Positions 39,228 to 53,344 of a stretch of 64,000 bases of DNA are shown piece after piece. A program made the position numbers and the translations under genes. This DNA comes from Octopus bimaculoides (taxonomy: Eukaryota). The stretch spans positions 59,066,552-59,130,551 of the forward strand of contig NC_068994.1 of assembly GCF_001194135.2 (NCBI RefSeq), given 5' to 3'. The notes under the pieces were generated by a model that did not search any database, was not told the origin of the DNA, and saw nothing but the letters and a program-made list of their open reading frames with translations. Position 1 is the stretch's first letter. The number at the start of each line of letters is the position of its first letter.

Positions 39228-39723
39228 TCAGGATGTGGGCAAGTGAAACATTTTGCGAGACAGGTAAACACGCAGTTTGTGAGGCAGTGGTAAAGTTGAT
39301 ACAAGCTTCATGTAGTCCTGTGAGGAATTATTTGCACACAGAGTCTGTTGGATGACCTTACGGCACAAGTTGCAGAGGGAGTGCGGTGACCGTATGCTGG
39401 TGGTGTACCACTCAAAGAACGCTTCGTCACCCTTGTCAGACAGCAGCTCAGGTGGGATGCCGGGACCTTTCCATTTCAGCCAGTCAACAAGATTGAGCAT
39501 GTCACAGCCAGCACAATACAACACCTTGATGCACGGCACTTGGTATTTCAGGTCTTCCTTGTAGAGGCCGGTGCTCAATGAGCTGACACACACATAGAGC
39601 GGGGTGTGGCCCCGTTTATCAGTCATGTTTACATCACTGTGCGCGGTCAGTAGGATACTTATCATGTCCTTTAACTTCCAGTGGGCAGCCACATTCAGTG
39701 GGGACTTGCCAGAATTGTCACAT
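39228..39723 (-). CDS. ASB-type protein, last exon with ankyrin repeats and SOCS box
   Basis: Acceptor tattgcag, phase 2; SPLNVAAH and TPLYVCV repeats, BC box PHSLCNLCRKVIQ and cullin box LPLPHKLRVYL; total 322 aa. Confidence 0.95.
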
Positions 39724-39885
39724 CTGCAATATACAAACAGGGAGGTTAATAAGAGAGAGAGAGAGAAATACATAGATCAGAGTGTAGTTCACAGAGTAAC
39801 GAGTTCGTATAGACATGTATGCAGGAGAATATTAATAGAGAAAGACAGAACAATTTCAACAGGAAGAGAGGTTTGTGTGTTGTGG

Positions 39886-39920
<35 letters not shown>

Positions 39921-40358
39921 AATCCCGAAAAACGAAGAACAAACACAAAAAAAAAAAATAATGCGAGGATGTGGCACATGTAAAGTATTAGCAGACGCTC
40001 AGGGAAGAATAGAAAGATGGTTTTACATTTCGAGCAAAGCTCTTCTTTGAAAACAGGAGACAGAAGAAAGTTCAATAGAAAAGGAAGAGTTATAATGCAA
40101 GCTGTGTCATCGTGAAGTATATCTGCATAATTCTCAGTCTGATGAATTAGTGATAGGAGACGTCTGACATGTTTTCCTACATGTGTACCTATTTAATTCT
40201 TATTGTTAATGAAACATGTGTAATACAGAATAAATAACACCAAAAATCCTCCAGTTTTCTGTTTTATATATATATATATATATACATAGAGAGAGAGAGA
40301 GTGAGAGGTAGGAAGAGAAACAGAGAGATAATGTTGACCATGAAAGTCAAGTACTCAC

Positions 40359-40600
40359 TTATCAAGAGAGGCACCGGCAGTGAGTAGCTTCTGTACAGTA
40401 GCAAAGCTGGAATGCACAATAGCATTCTGTACACAGATATAGAGGGGTGTCTGTCCATCTTTATCAGCACGATTAATATCAGCACCAGCCTGAACTAGGA
40501 TATCTACCAAGTGAGGACGACCATGATAGGCTGCCTTGTAGAGAGGTGTACAGTCATTACGGTCTGCTAGATTCACATTGGCACCAGCATTTAGAAGGAT
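40359..40600 (-). CDS. ASB-type protein, ankyrin-repeat exon
   Basis: 242 nt, phase 0/2: ILLNAGANVNLADRNDCTPLYKAAYHGRPHLVDILVQAGADINRADKDGQTPLYICV...; canonical TPLxxA ankyrin repeats; donor AA|GTGAGT. Confidence 0.96.
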
Positions 40601-41224
40601 CTGGAACGGAATGGTAATTTGAAGTTAGTGTTGGTGGCACAGGTGGTAGTGTTGTGTTGGTGGTAGCAGTGTGGTGGTGGTGGTATGGATACCATTTCAG
40701 CAGTGACTATATTGGGTCATGGTTGTTTGTTTAAGGATGGAGACAAACAAAGAGCAATTTAGGGAGAGATAAAAGAAAGTGTTTACTTAAGCTTTTGTGT
40801 GTGTGTGTGTGTGATGTGTTACACAACTATTGGACATCATCAACCAAATCTAGCTCCCCTATAACCAATAATATCAGATAACAGTAACAGAACCAACAAA
40901 CACACACACTGAAGAGAAAGCTCTTAGAAGTTACAAACAGCCTCCCCCCACCACCACATAAAAGACGACCCAGTAAGAACAAAACAAGACATATTATTTC
41001 TTCCACTCAATCCCATAGACACAAAACTAGCCCCATCATTAGGGTATGTGTACCTTGAGCACTGTTCTGGGGTACACACACCACCAAGAACACAAAAGAG
41101 CAATAACTATGACATCATGGCTAAATCTACCTTGTCCACTCTCACAGGTAACATCACCAATTCTCCTGCTAACAAGGGACTACAATATAGTCAACTTGTT
41201 GGCAGGAGTTCACTCAGCTTGTTA

Positions 41225-41385
41225 ACAACAAATAGCAGCCAAATCTCCCTCAAATCATAACCTACCATCTTAAATAAAAAAAAAAGAACACATTGGATAA
41301 TAGTCTTATGTAATCTTAAATAAATGATGAGGAGGTCATGGCTGGATTATCTTCTATAAGTCTGCCAGATCAAGGCTGACGGGGG
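41225..41385 (+). repeat. Dispersed repeat family C (SINE-like)
   Basis: gaaatagcagccaaatctccctcaaatca motif recurs near 4570, 23010, 36575, 49755, 51130 and 63400. Confidence 0.6.
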
Positions 41386-41456
41386 CTACTCAACAACATT
41401 CAGCCGACATCATCATCATCATCATCCTCAACAACAACAGCATTATTAATACTCAC

Positions 41457-41687
41457 CATAGTAATATCAACATGATTCAATGAGACAGCAGCCAAAAGAG
41501 GTGTGGTGCTGTCCTTCACACTGGGAACTGTAGGATTGCTCCAAGGGTAGTTTATGTCTGCACCTTCCAGAATAAGGTTGCGCACAGTCTCCCGTTCATT
41601 GCCCATCACAGCAAGGTGCAGCCGGCGCTCACGCTGTGGCATTCCAAGTACTGCTGCTTCGTTCTTACTCCACTTTGAGTTCCCCAT
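41457..41687 (-). CDS. Ankyrin repeat and SOCS box (ASB-type) protein, first clear coding exon
   Basis: Acceptor ctgcag at 41691, then GCC ATG G (strong context). Encodes MGNSKWSK...RLHLAVMGNERETVRNLILEGADIN...TTPLLAAVSLNHVDITM; donor ATG|GTGAGT. Confidence 0.9.
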
Positions 41688-42104
41688 GGCCTGCAGCAGA
41701 GAGAGACACAGAGAGAGAGATGGTAGCATGATAAGAGGGACATGGAATACAGAGTATATATATATCTGTGTGTACAAAAACAAGTGCGTGTGTGTGTGCT
41801 CTCCATGTTGTTATACATTGGACAGGTTATGCTGGTTTCAACCAGAATTACCTATTCAGAGTTACTCCCCCTCTTAGACGGCTTGGGGCAATGCTTCTCA
41901 AACTATCTGATGTGGCGTACCGGCAGTTTTTTTTCTCCCCCAATGTGCCAGGGACCGGTAATATTTCTTAGTAATATTAATTTATACCGGAAACAATATA
42001 TATAATGGATATAATAAAAGTTGATAATTTTTTAAATCTTATATTTATTTTGTAAACAAATAATACAATATTACATAAGCATTTTATAATGTTTCTTTCT
42101 TTTC

Positions 42105-42660
42105 TGGAAACTCGCCATGCTGGAGCACCACATTAAAGGGTTTCAGTTGAAGAAATCAACCCCAGGACTTATTTTTTAAAAAGCCTGGTATTTATTCTAT
42201 TGGTCTCTTTTGCTAAACTGCTAAGTTATGGAGACATAAACACACTAGCATCGGTTGTCAAGCGATGGTGGGGGGGGGGGGAACAAACACAGACACATAA
42301 ATATATATCTATACATATATATACATACACAAACACACACACATATAGTCAATTCAAACAAGAACAAGCAAGAAAAACAACAACAACGCAAGGACGTGGA
42401 ACAAGTACTGTGTTATTCGATGCTCAGGAAAGGAAAGAAAAGAAAGAGAATTGCATGTTTTGAGCGGAGCTCCTCATCAGAAATATAGAAAAAGTCTACA
42501 CACACACACACAGAACAGGCTTCTTTCAGTTTCCACCTACCAAATCCACTCACAAGGCTTTGGTCAGCCTGAAGCTGTAGTAGAAATCACTTGCCCAAGG
42601 TGGCATGCAGTGGGACTGAACCCGGAATCATGTGGTTGGAAAGCAAGCTTCTTACCACAC
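42105..42660 (-). mobile_element. SINE family B with expanded internal spacer
   Basis: Tail part 42105-42300 and head part 42515-42660. Confidence 0.8.
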
Positions 42661-42813
42661 TCATATCTATATGTGTGTATGTGTGTGTGATTGTTTGTCA
42701 GATTTGATGATGACCTTGGAACTACTGGAAGAAATTTGACAACAGAATAGAAGAAAGAAAGAAAGAAAGTAATAAGGAGAAGAAGAAGATGTTGTAATTA
42801 GCATCTCATACAG

Positions 42814-43388
42814 CAGCGTTTCTCAACCAAGATTCCCCGAAACCCTAGAGTTCTGCAAAAGGTTCCTAAGGGTTCCNNNNNNNNNNAAGATTCCCCGAAA
42901 CCCTAGAGTTCTGCAAAAGGTTCCTAAGGGTTCCGCAAGAAAGAGTGAGATAAGCTAATGATAATTTCATGATCGTAATATTACTTTACATGCACAAAAT
43001 ATCATTGGTTATTGTAATATAGACATCTGAGTGGTTGGCGTTAGGAAGGGCATCCAGCTGTAGAAACTCTGCCAAATCAGACTGGAGCCTGGTGTTGCCA
43101 TCCGGTTTCACCAGTCCTCAGTCAAATCGTCCAACCCATGCTAGCATGGAAAGCGGACGTTAAACGATGATGATGATGATGATGATGACATCATCCTCTC
43201 TAACCCATTATGTTATCAAAAAAATATAACCACACACACAGACATATGATATGATATTTACCTCATGAACTATGATGAAAAAAGGTATGAGAAAGATATG
43301 GTGTATAATTTATTTTGTACAGGGGTTCTTTGAGACATGGAATTTATTTTAAAGGGTTACACAAGGGTAAAAAGGTCAAGAAACACTG
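42814..43388. mobile_element. hAT-type MITE with nested SINE
   Basis: TIRs cagcgtttctcaacc / ggtcaagaaacactg; family A SINE at 43026-43190 inside; 8-bp TSD not evident. Confidence 0.6.
43026..43190 (+). mobile_element. SINE family A ((GAT)n tail), young copy
   Basis: gagtggttggcgttaggaagggcatccagctgtagaaa...catggaaagcggacgttaaacgatgatgat; many copies in window. Confidence 0.9.
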
Positions 43389-44085
43389 CACAAGAGTACT
43401 GCAGATGGTCAACCACTGGTCTAAAATATATGCTTTGTAAAAGAGAAAAATCATTCCTTTGGGTGCAGTTGTGACAATGATATTGATAGAGGTGGCCATG
43501 GAAGCTCATTGTTGATTGCAATACCAAGTATTTGTTTGAGAGATTTCAATGTGGGTTGGTCATTTGGAGCAGTTGAAGGGAACATGGCTTACAATAAGTT
43601 TTCTAATGAAATGAAACAAGAGCTCTTGATGAGATGAGGAATATTAAAAAAGGCCAGAGAAGAATAGCTTTCTATGGGTGTCAGTGGAGGAAAGATAAAA
43701 TGTATTGGACGGGAGTGCTTTGCCATTAATCAGTAGGTATTTGGAAATGTATTTACAGTAATGTACTAAACAAAGGGTCAAGGATACACACACGCACATA
43801 CATAGATGGTTACATATACATACAGACATTTCCTACCTTCAAAAAGTGAAACAACAGTTTGTGACACTCCAAAAGACAGTCAAATTGTTTGTGATGTTTA
43901 ACTTGCTTAGAATTGCCCATTGCTGCAGTTATTATCTATCCAAGACACAGTGAGGCCTTATTGAGGTGTGTGTAGTCCTAAATGAGTGAAGGTACAGTGT
44001 GACTTCACTGAGACAGATGATGTCCCAGCTGAGTAAAGCAGAACAGGGACTGACAACACTTGAGTGTGTCACAGTTTCTAAAGAA

Positions 44086-44117
<32 letters not shown>

Positions 44118-44377
44118 NNNNNNNNNNNNNNNNNNNNNNNNNNNNNNNNNNNNNNNNNNNNNNNNNNNNNNNNNNNNNNNNNNNNNNNNNNNNNNNNNNN
44201 NNNNNNNNNNNNNNNNNNNNNNNNNNNNNNNNNNNNNNNNNNNNNNNNNNNNNNNNNNNNNNNNNNNNNNNNNNNNNNNNNNNNNNNNNNNNNNNNNNNN
44301 NNNNNNNNNNNNNNNNNNNNNNNNNNNNNNNNNNNNNNNNNNNNNNNNNNNNNNNNNNNNNNNNNNNNNNNNNNNNN

Positions 44378-44431
<54 letters not shown>

Positions 44432-44601
44432 TATATATATATAACACTCTCCTTTGAAAATATATTTACACCTTTTTATCTACAGCAGGAAATTTTCTCC
44501 ACAACAAAACACAATGGATGGCTTTCTTATGAATTCGAATATGCCTCAAGCATATTTGAAATGGTAACAGGTTTATATTAATAACTAAGTACATCAATAT
44601 G

Positions 44602-44808
44602 TATGAGGTGGGTGAGCTGAGAAGTTTCTGGCTTTAAGGGTATGATGAAAGGCCTGGTTGGAGACCCAAACCTTCCAAGTTCTTTCACAGGGCTTAGAAA
44701 AACTGGATTGCTGCAATAAATGAGTGAATCTGAGGGGAGGGGAATATGTTGAATAAAATCATAATTAACTGATCTTCCTGTTTTTCTTTTATCCAAATCT
44801 ACCTCATA
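44602..44808 (+). mobile_element. Internally deleted mariner (MITE)
   Basis: Termini tatgaggt...acctcata are inverted; retains aggggaatatgttgaataa (RGEYVE*), the mariner transposase C-terminus. Confidence 0.65.
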
Positions 44809-46248
44809 CTTATTAACACAAAAGAAATAAGTTTTTTTTTAACACATGTAGAATTATAAAGAGAAGAAAAAACGCTTAAAATGCGCTTGGAGACTTAAAA
44901 AAAAACCATTTATTAACAAATACTTAACTGATTCCACAATTTCATGGCTTTCAAAAAGATGAAGCCAACTGGAGCAATGACATGTCTGTCTCCATGACGA
45001 CTGGAGTCTGAAAATTTGCTCCTTTTTTTTTCAGAGATTATTACTCAAATTGCCATCAGTTAAAATAAAATTTGGCTGGTAATTGTTAGCTTTTTCATAA
45101 TAGGTGGTGGTGTCTTCTAGAAAGAACATGGTGCTTTTGTAGTACTCAATACATCAATAACGACAACATCATATCTCTTAACTGCTTCTTTGATGATGTC
45201 ATTATTTTTGTGTTCATGGAAAAGACTCCAAGAAATAAATTAAATACTACTTGGAAGATACTACGCAATAAGGTTAACTGATAACGGATGGGTCAAAGCA
45301 ATAGACATTAAAGAACTAAGAAGGACAAAAATAATTCAAATAAAACAAATATTCTATTCTACAGTACCATACACAAGCATTCCACCCCACTCCCACCACA
45401 CACAAGCATTCCACCCCAACACACAAACACACGAAATATGGTAACATACAATATTATTCATCAAAACATTCCAGTATTGAAGCAAAACTGAAGAATGGAA
45501 AAAAAAACCCCCAAAACACTTGAAATATACAAAATATGAAACCCCAACAAGGCAGAAATGCATCCAGCATTTGAACTTGCCACTGCAGGGGAAGGTTTTC
45601 ATCTCCCTTCAATATATTATCTCCAAATGAATACAGCAATAAAGTTGCTTTTCTTTTTGCAATGTATTTACATTAAGTATGATACATATGTGGCTATTTT
45701 AATCTAATACAATGGATATAATGGACATTGTATAGATATATATTTAAATACAGAAACACATGTACATACATATGCACATACATACATATAATACATGTGT
45801 GTATGTGTTGAAAATATCAAAGATATGTGATAAAACTGTAGAGTTAGTAAAACTGCTTCAAACAGCAGCTGGATAAAGAAGATTAGTAAAACAGTGAAAA
45901 AGCAGGACAATATGATGATTATCAGGGGTTAAAGATGAGAAACAGAGCAAGGAAAATAGTTCAGTGTGTGTGTGTGTGTGTGTGTGTATTACTTGGTTTC
46001 TTTATCTTTTATAGGATTACCTATATCCTATGATGTGAGATGCAGATGAGAGAAAAGAAAAGGATCCAGACCAAATTTTGAGTCATTTTCTATCACACAC
46101 ACACACACAATGACAGTAATAATCTGGTTTCTTTTCATTAAACTTTGCCTGCGTCTTGCAGTGTAGACTTAGTAATGATAGGTAATCTTGTAAAACATAA
46201 AAACAGCAACTAACACATACACACACATTCATAGGTGTATACATACAC

Positions 46249-46283
<35 letters not shown>

Positions 46284-47303
46284 CTCATCAATATCATTGT
46301 TTTTATGTCCATTTTTCCACGCTTGTATGGGTTGGACAGAGTTTGTTGTGGCAGATTTTCTACGGCCAGATGCCCTTCCTGTTGCTAACCCCCACCAATT
46401 TTCAAGCACAGCAGTATTTCCCAAAGACCAGACATGTTCCTGCAGAATATTGGCAATGAATGCCAATGTTTGTATGACAGTGACAATCATTTACAACTGT
46501 TACATGATATCAAAACAAGAAGATACCCTCTTTCTCTCACACCCACACACATAATGGGCTTCCCTTAGTTTCCATCCACTAAACTCACTCAGAAAGGTTT
46601 GGTCAGCCTGAGGCCAGAAGATACTTACTCAAGGTGCCACACAATATCTCCCTTCCAGCTTCTCCCACTCATCCTTTTATAATGTGGGATAGCCATGGAT
46701 CTCCTCTGTAGCAAGACACATGTATTTGTTCCCCTAGCATATTCTAGCCTTCAACACCTAGCATAACCTGCCAAACCCTTCTAAATATACTCCCACTTAG
46801 TCAAGGGGAGGGCTGTCCCCTTTTCTTTTCCTTTCTTCACTTTTTCTTGCAAGTTACTTGGCGACCTCACTGGCAACACTGTCACAAAAATAGCAGCCTA
46901 CACACTACAAAGAGGTTGGTGTTAGGAAGGACATCCCAAAGCTAAAATTAGGGCCTCCCACTGCTCTGCAACTTGTTGGATCCTTTCAAGCCAACTAACC
47001 CATATCAGCTTGGAAAACAGATGTTAATTGATATGTGTGTGTATATGCACACATACATTGAAGTATATATACAAATATTTATCCACACACAGACACCCAC
47101 ACACTGAAATATAAATGTCATCCCTCTGATGGTAACAGTTATTACAAGGGAGGTAATCATCTTGCCTTTGTGTGAAGCAGGATTAGAAAGTTGTAATGAA
47201 AGTTAAGGTATTGCAAGGAAAAAATGACACAGAATTTAAGGCGGTGCTTCAGCATGGCCACAGTCAAATGACTGAAACAAGTAAAAGAGTAAAAGACTTA
47301 ATG

Positions 47304-47349
<46 letters not shown>

Positions 47350-48363
47350 CATTAAGTAAACAAAAAAACTNNNNNNNNNNATATATATATATATATTGCA
47401 TTAAGTAAACAAAAAAACTTTAATATGTAAATTCTGTGTCCTTTTTTATACATATACTATACACACACACACACATATATATACATATATATATATATGT
47501 ATAGTTTACTGTACTGTTTAAGGTAGGGTCAACAAAAGCAAAGAACTTCATCCAGTGAGGGATAAATATCATTTAAATATCATGAAATGATACATACATC
47601 TATCTCATTCTCTCCCCTCCCTCCCTCCTTCCCTCTCTCTCTCTCCATATATACATATGTATAAATGCTAATCCTGTTTTGAACTGTGATGAGATAATTA
47701 CTGCCCACGTAATAGCTGTAACAAAGAGAGGGATCACATGCTTGAAAATTTTCAGTTGTGATTTGGGAAAACCACTTGAAACTGTTTCTGACGGTCAAGG
47801 CTTTTGTATTTGTGAATAGATAAAGTCTGTTCTACTGTACACAAGGGAACATCACTACAAAATAACAACTTGAGACTTGTGTTGTCTACGCTTTAAAGAA
47901 AACATTAGAAAGAACGTGTGATGTTGTTTGTAGCTAAAACTAAAAGTATTGCCTGAGACATTCTCACAAGGGAAACTGTTATTACTCTGCATTTTAACAC
48001 CAACAACTTCCTCTCTGTTCTTTCAATTCCTAATCTTCTGACATTCTTTAAAATAAACAGATGGAAAATTTCATGAATTTCCTTCAAACTAATTATTTCC
48101 ATCTGAAATAAAATGTCTCTTTTTATAAAACGTTTCAGATTATATTAAGCTGAAGATTTCTAAAAAGAATGAAATAGTGCTCTACATGATTACCAACGAC
48201 TTCTAAGAACATTTTACTAAGTCAAGAATAAATGTCTATGTGAATTCTATGTACCTTTTCCTTATAATTGCTTAATTTCGACTTCAAATTTCTAATCTTC
48301 TTTTATACTGAAATAAAATGATTATCTCTCTTGTAAAAACTGTAACTGTTAGAAGGCTAACAC

Positions 48364-48396
<33 letters not shown>

Positions 48397-48946
48397 TGTA
48401 TACTAGTAGCTTGGAAGATAAAACCCCTCAACTGAGCAGTATTAAGGGGTGCAGCCTTATGCTAAGTGATAGGAGGTTAAAGTATGACAGAGACAGATAT
48501 CTTGCTGTAGGGGAGCTACATGGGTAACCATGTTGGAAAAGAGAAAGAGAAGGATGGTGAGGATGTGTGAAGGTGTATCCTTAAGCTCAGGAATGTGAGA
48601 AGTGACAGAGAGGATTGGACAGGGGGAGTGGGTAGGGAAGTAGGCTCATGGGAGTGTGAATGAAGATTGGGAGATGTGTGTGTGTGTGTGCACACACGCA
48701 TGTACTCTCTCACACACACACACACACATATGTATGCATGTATGTATAGAGTGGATGTGTATATTAGACTTATGGTTGCTGCCACCACACATGTAGTTTA
48801 TGTTTGCTTTATCAATGAATTGGGGCTACAAACCAGCCCCACATTAGCAGCAGCAGCACCACTACATTGCCACACTCCAACTTCACCACCACCACCACCA
48901 CCACCACCACAATCACATGCTGCCCTACCAATAGGCAAGCCTTCAC

Positions 48947-49322
48947 CTGGTTATTTGACCTTGTAGAAATAACAGTTGAAAACTCTTTCGAACCACATGT
49001 TACCATTTTCAAAAAAGGGGACCATTTGTATAGGATAAGCAGGACAACCTGGAACTTTTTGGGGTCTTTTTTTTTTCAGTGTTAACGAAAAGTGTAAAAG
49101 AAAATTTACGCTCATAACAAGAACAAGAACAACAATAATGAATATTAATAATAATTGAAGAATATTCACTTTGGAAATTGTCCATGTGTAGATGCTCCTC
49201 AATTGTGAGACACACCGGCAGACAGGGGTCAGAGGACAGCATTTAGAGATGGGGAAACCACACCACATTTTAGTCAAATCCATCACGGTTGCCTCTGTGC
49301 TCACTGTTTTCAATGACTTCTG
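48947..49322 (-). CDS. Candidate exon carrying an ORF with a hydrophobic segment (stop at 48951)
   Basis: (CT)n tract then tandem acceptor tcagCAG; open frame QKSLKTVSTEATVMDLTKMWCGF...ILQLLLIFIIVVLVLVMSVNFLLHFSLTLKKKRPQK...YFYKVK*; donor CAG|GTGAAG 4 nt after TAA. No family recognised. Confidence 0.45.
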
Positions 49323-49389
49323 CTGACATGTGTGCGTGTAAGAGAGAGAGAGAGAGAGAGAAAGGGAGAGCAAGAGAGAAAGAGGGAGA

Positions 49390-49425
<36 letters not shown>

Positions 49426-51791
49426 GTGTGCAAAGTTTGTTGCTGCTGCTGCAGTTGTTGTTGTAGTGTTTACTGCAGCAGAATGTATTAATACATTTAG
49501 CTAGGATTACAGAACGATGGCAATAAAGGTGGTGGAGATATAGGTTGGCTGGAAGTAAACACTATTACTACTACTACCACCACCACCACCACCACCACTA
49601 CTATTTAATAACAATAAAAAAAAAATCAATGATTAAGAACATTAGCAGTAACAGCATTGATACTAACTGCAACATCAACAACATCCTTCCTACCCCCCAA
49701 TCCCTCCCTCCCACCAGCAAGTGAATGAATCTGTTTGCAGTTTCATTGATCTGCTAGAAATATCAGCCAAATTTACATCAAATAATATCCAAAACTATAA
49801 AAAAAAACATCAAAGGACAGCAACGTCTGAATAAAAAATGAGCTGGAACACAGCAGCAGGAACATCGTTGATAATAGGGCTGATGCAACTGGGCTAATCT
49901 GCAGTTAAATAACACCAACAACAACAGCAACAGCACAACAACAACAGCAAAAACAGTACAATAACAACAACACTAATGCAAAGAGAATCAGAGCATTAGC
50001 GGCACCAATGACAAAAGCAAACAGAAGACAACAACGCTAAGACTTACATACAACACTGCTACATAAGGGGATATATGAAAAAAAGCTGAATAACAGACAT
50101 ACTTCTTAAAGGAGCAATCCTAACTCCCTACATTTGGCCAACAGAAAGAAACAATAATACAAACAATATGTTTGGTCCTTCCTGTAGTATGCCAGTCCTA
50201 CCTGGGCCCTTAATCTCTCCATTATAAACCACAATAAAATACAAAGGACACAAGACAGTGCATGATGCTTCAACTCACAGGTTGTACACAGATCAGCTCC
50301 ATAAACCACATCCAAAACACAACAAAAATATGTAAAATGAAAGACAAATTGGACATGAAACGAACACTGCTGTCATAACAAACTTCCCCCTCTCCAGTTC
50401 CTGTCACTACATTAAGAAAAAAAAACCACTTCTAAATTTCCAGATATATTCAAATGCCAGACACATTTAATAGCCTAAAGCATGACTACAACACCATCCT
50501 ACAAACATTATCTCTCTCCCTCTATCTCTTAGTCAACCCTGACAAAGATAGACACAGAAATAATTGTAATAACTGTAATCTCAGTGATCCCTAAAACTGC
50601 CCAAAACAAGGGGCACAGGAAGAGCAGTTGTTGCCTTTTGACTGAATCTGTTTTGCCTGTCAACACAGTGGGCACCACTTCCAGAATTGGCAGGAATACA
50701 GAAAGTAGACAGATAAAAAGGGGAGAGTGTAGCATGTCCAAAGTGTCTTACTGTACCTCGTATAATTCCTCATTGCATGGCAAAGAGTCTGGTTGGGTCC
50801 TTGGCCTGACTCAGATATGCTATAACTCAGAATATAGATCTGTGGGTCATAGCTTGTTGTTTGGCCAACTACTTAGATGCCACAGGACAACACAACACCA
50901 CCAACAACACCACCATCACCTCCACCATAAACCAACAAGAGAGACTATGTGTGCTTACTGAAACTAGGAGGTACAGCATCCAAACTACACACACTCATCT
51001 AAAGAACAAAAGAAACATTGAATAATGCAAGGATTATCAAAGTTGGAGTATCAGTGATGATGAGTCTTCTACTGGATCAGGACTGACTCAGGGTTAAACA
51101 ACAATAATAAATATCAATATATTCAATCAATTTGCTAGAGATAACAGCCAAGTTGCCCTTAAACCAAGCCCAACCATCTTCGAAACAGACACACTAGATG
51201 ATGAGGGTCTTGGGTTCACAACACATTGGAAAAATGTGGGATGGGCATGGTTGGAAGGTTTTTGATTAAATGATCAAGGCTAGCCTACAGCCAAAAAGGA
51301 TTCCAACACCACAAGCAAATCCCAGTTATATGTACAACTTTCAACTTAATGTGACTCGGTGTTTTTTCTTCCATCCTGTCTCTCCATATTAAACTTGCAC
51401 CACGAATTGTGGTCCGTCCACTCTGCTACAAAGAAGTGGTGTGAGGGAGGTTGGCATGTTCATACTGGCACAATAGCTGCAGTGCTGCCATCTGATGACT
51501 ATTAAAAGCTAGACACAGCTACATTCGTACACATTCACACCATTACACTCAACCAGTTAACTGTTATATAGATACTCTCTCTCTCTCTCTCTCTCTTTCT
51601 CGCGCAGACACACACACACACACATACTAAACTGTACTTACTCTTGTGGTGATAAACATTGGCATACATACACATTCATGTCTGTGTTAGTGTGTGTGTG
51701 TGTGTGTGTGTCTATACACACAATCAGAGATACAAACACACCTGCACACTTCAATTGTTTATATACTTAATGCACTAACAAAGACACATGC

Positions 51792-51825
<34 letters not shown>

Positions 51826-52557
51826 AATAGAACACACACACACACACACACACACAAAGTGAAATGGTATCAGACAATCCAGGCATTTACTTCAGGTACC
51901 ATTTTTGTGAACGGCAGTTATTTGGATTTGTAGGAAAGAGAAATTCATCAACAGAAAATCTGGAAGGTTATCTTCAGTCACGGAGTATATATNNNNNNNN
52001 NNNNNNNNNNNNNNNNNNNNNNNNNNNNNNNNNNNNNNNNNNNNNNNNNNNNNNNNNNNNNNNNNNNNNNNNNNNNNNNNNNNNNNNNNNNNNNNNNNNN
52101 NNNNNNNNNNNNNNNNNNNNNNNNNNNNNNNNNNNNNNNNNNNNNNNNNNNNNNNNNNNNNNNNNNNNNNNNNNNNNNNNNNNNNNNNNNNNNNNNNNNN
52201 NNNNNNNNNNNNNNNNNNNNNNNNNNNNNNNNNNNNNNNNNNNNNNNNNNNNNNNNNNNNNNNNNNNNNNNNNNNNNNNNNNNNNNNNNNNNNNNNNNNN
52301 NNNNNNNNNNNNNNNNNNNNNNNNNNNNNNNNNNNNNNNNNNNNNNNNNNNNNNNNNNNNNNNNNNNNNNNNNNNNNNNNNNNNNNNNNNNNNNNNNNNN
52401 NNNNNNNNNNNNNNNNNNNNNNNNNNNNNNNNNNNNNNNNNNNNNNNNNNNNNNNNNNNNNNNNNNNNNNNNNNNNNNNNNNNNNNNNNNNNNNNNNNNN
52501 NNNNNNNNNNNNNNNNNNNNNNNNNNNNNNNNNNNNNNNNNNNNNNNNNNNNNNNNN

Positions 52558-52594
<37 letters not shown>

Positions 52595-52664
52595 CAAATA
52601 TATATATATATATATACATCAAACTAGACAAAGGTTATGAGAGTTATAAAAAAAGTTATTGCAA

Positions 52665-52880
52665 AACTGGTTAGGACCAGGATTAGCCTGATGTACAGCT
52701 TGGCTCTGTCTCCTGAAAAGACATTACTAATGTATTTGTTGTGAGACAAATACGTGGTTAGGAATAAGCCTCTACACTTAGCATTTTTGATCTGGAGAAT
52801 GCCTATAAGTGGGCATAGCTCACGGATGACTTTAGTGCACAGTTTGGGGTACATGAGGGATCACTTCTCAGCATCCTTCT
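52665..52880 (+). mobile_element. RTE-clade RT remnant
   Basis: DKYVVRNKPLHLAF/DLENAY and DDFSAQFGVHEGSLLS segments with an internal deletion. Confidence 0.7.
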
Positions 52881-53344
52881 ATTTATTATAGTTCTCACTA
52901 CCATAACAAAGGGCCTTATTCTTAACTCATTCTCTCACTGACCCTCGGACACCATCTTCCCCTTCCCTTCTTATTACTCCCTTCCATTTTGTCCTTCCTT
53001 CGTCCACCATTTTACTCAGGTAGCACTGTGTCATCTCTTACTCAAGCTGCCTACTCTCTTCCTTAACTTTTCTTAATAAACCTCACATGCTACATTTCCC
53101 TTTCCCTCCTGTTACCCCCATTTCTAATACAGTTAGTCCCCTAATGCCCTCTCACAAAAATAAACCTGTGTAACTCCTGATAAAAACTATCTTGTATCCT
53201 AATGAACAGTCCAATCAATTTTGGTATGGAAGACAGACTGACCACCAAAGCTCCCTATCCTATCACCACTTTATCTTTCCCATTTCCTTGTTAATTTCTG
53301 CCATGACTCTTCTCCTTCCCCTCTTTTATGGCTCTTGCCTCAAA

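Noticed and set aside
42828-42935. 48-bp direct repeat (aagattccccg...aagggttcc)
   Set aside because: Copies flank a 10-N gap; typical unmerged contig overlap. Same at about 47330-47420.
47905-48102. 65-aa minus-strand ORF starting right after an acceptor
   Set aside because: No homology or clear donor; kept only as a possible alternative 3' exon for the upstream ORF.
50529-50961. Overlapping 70-125 aa ORFs in unique-looking sequence
   Set aside because: No recognisable domain and no convincing paired splice sites.
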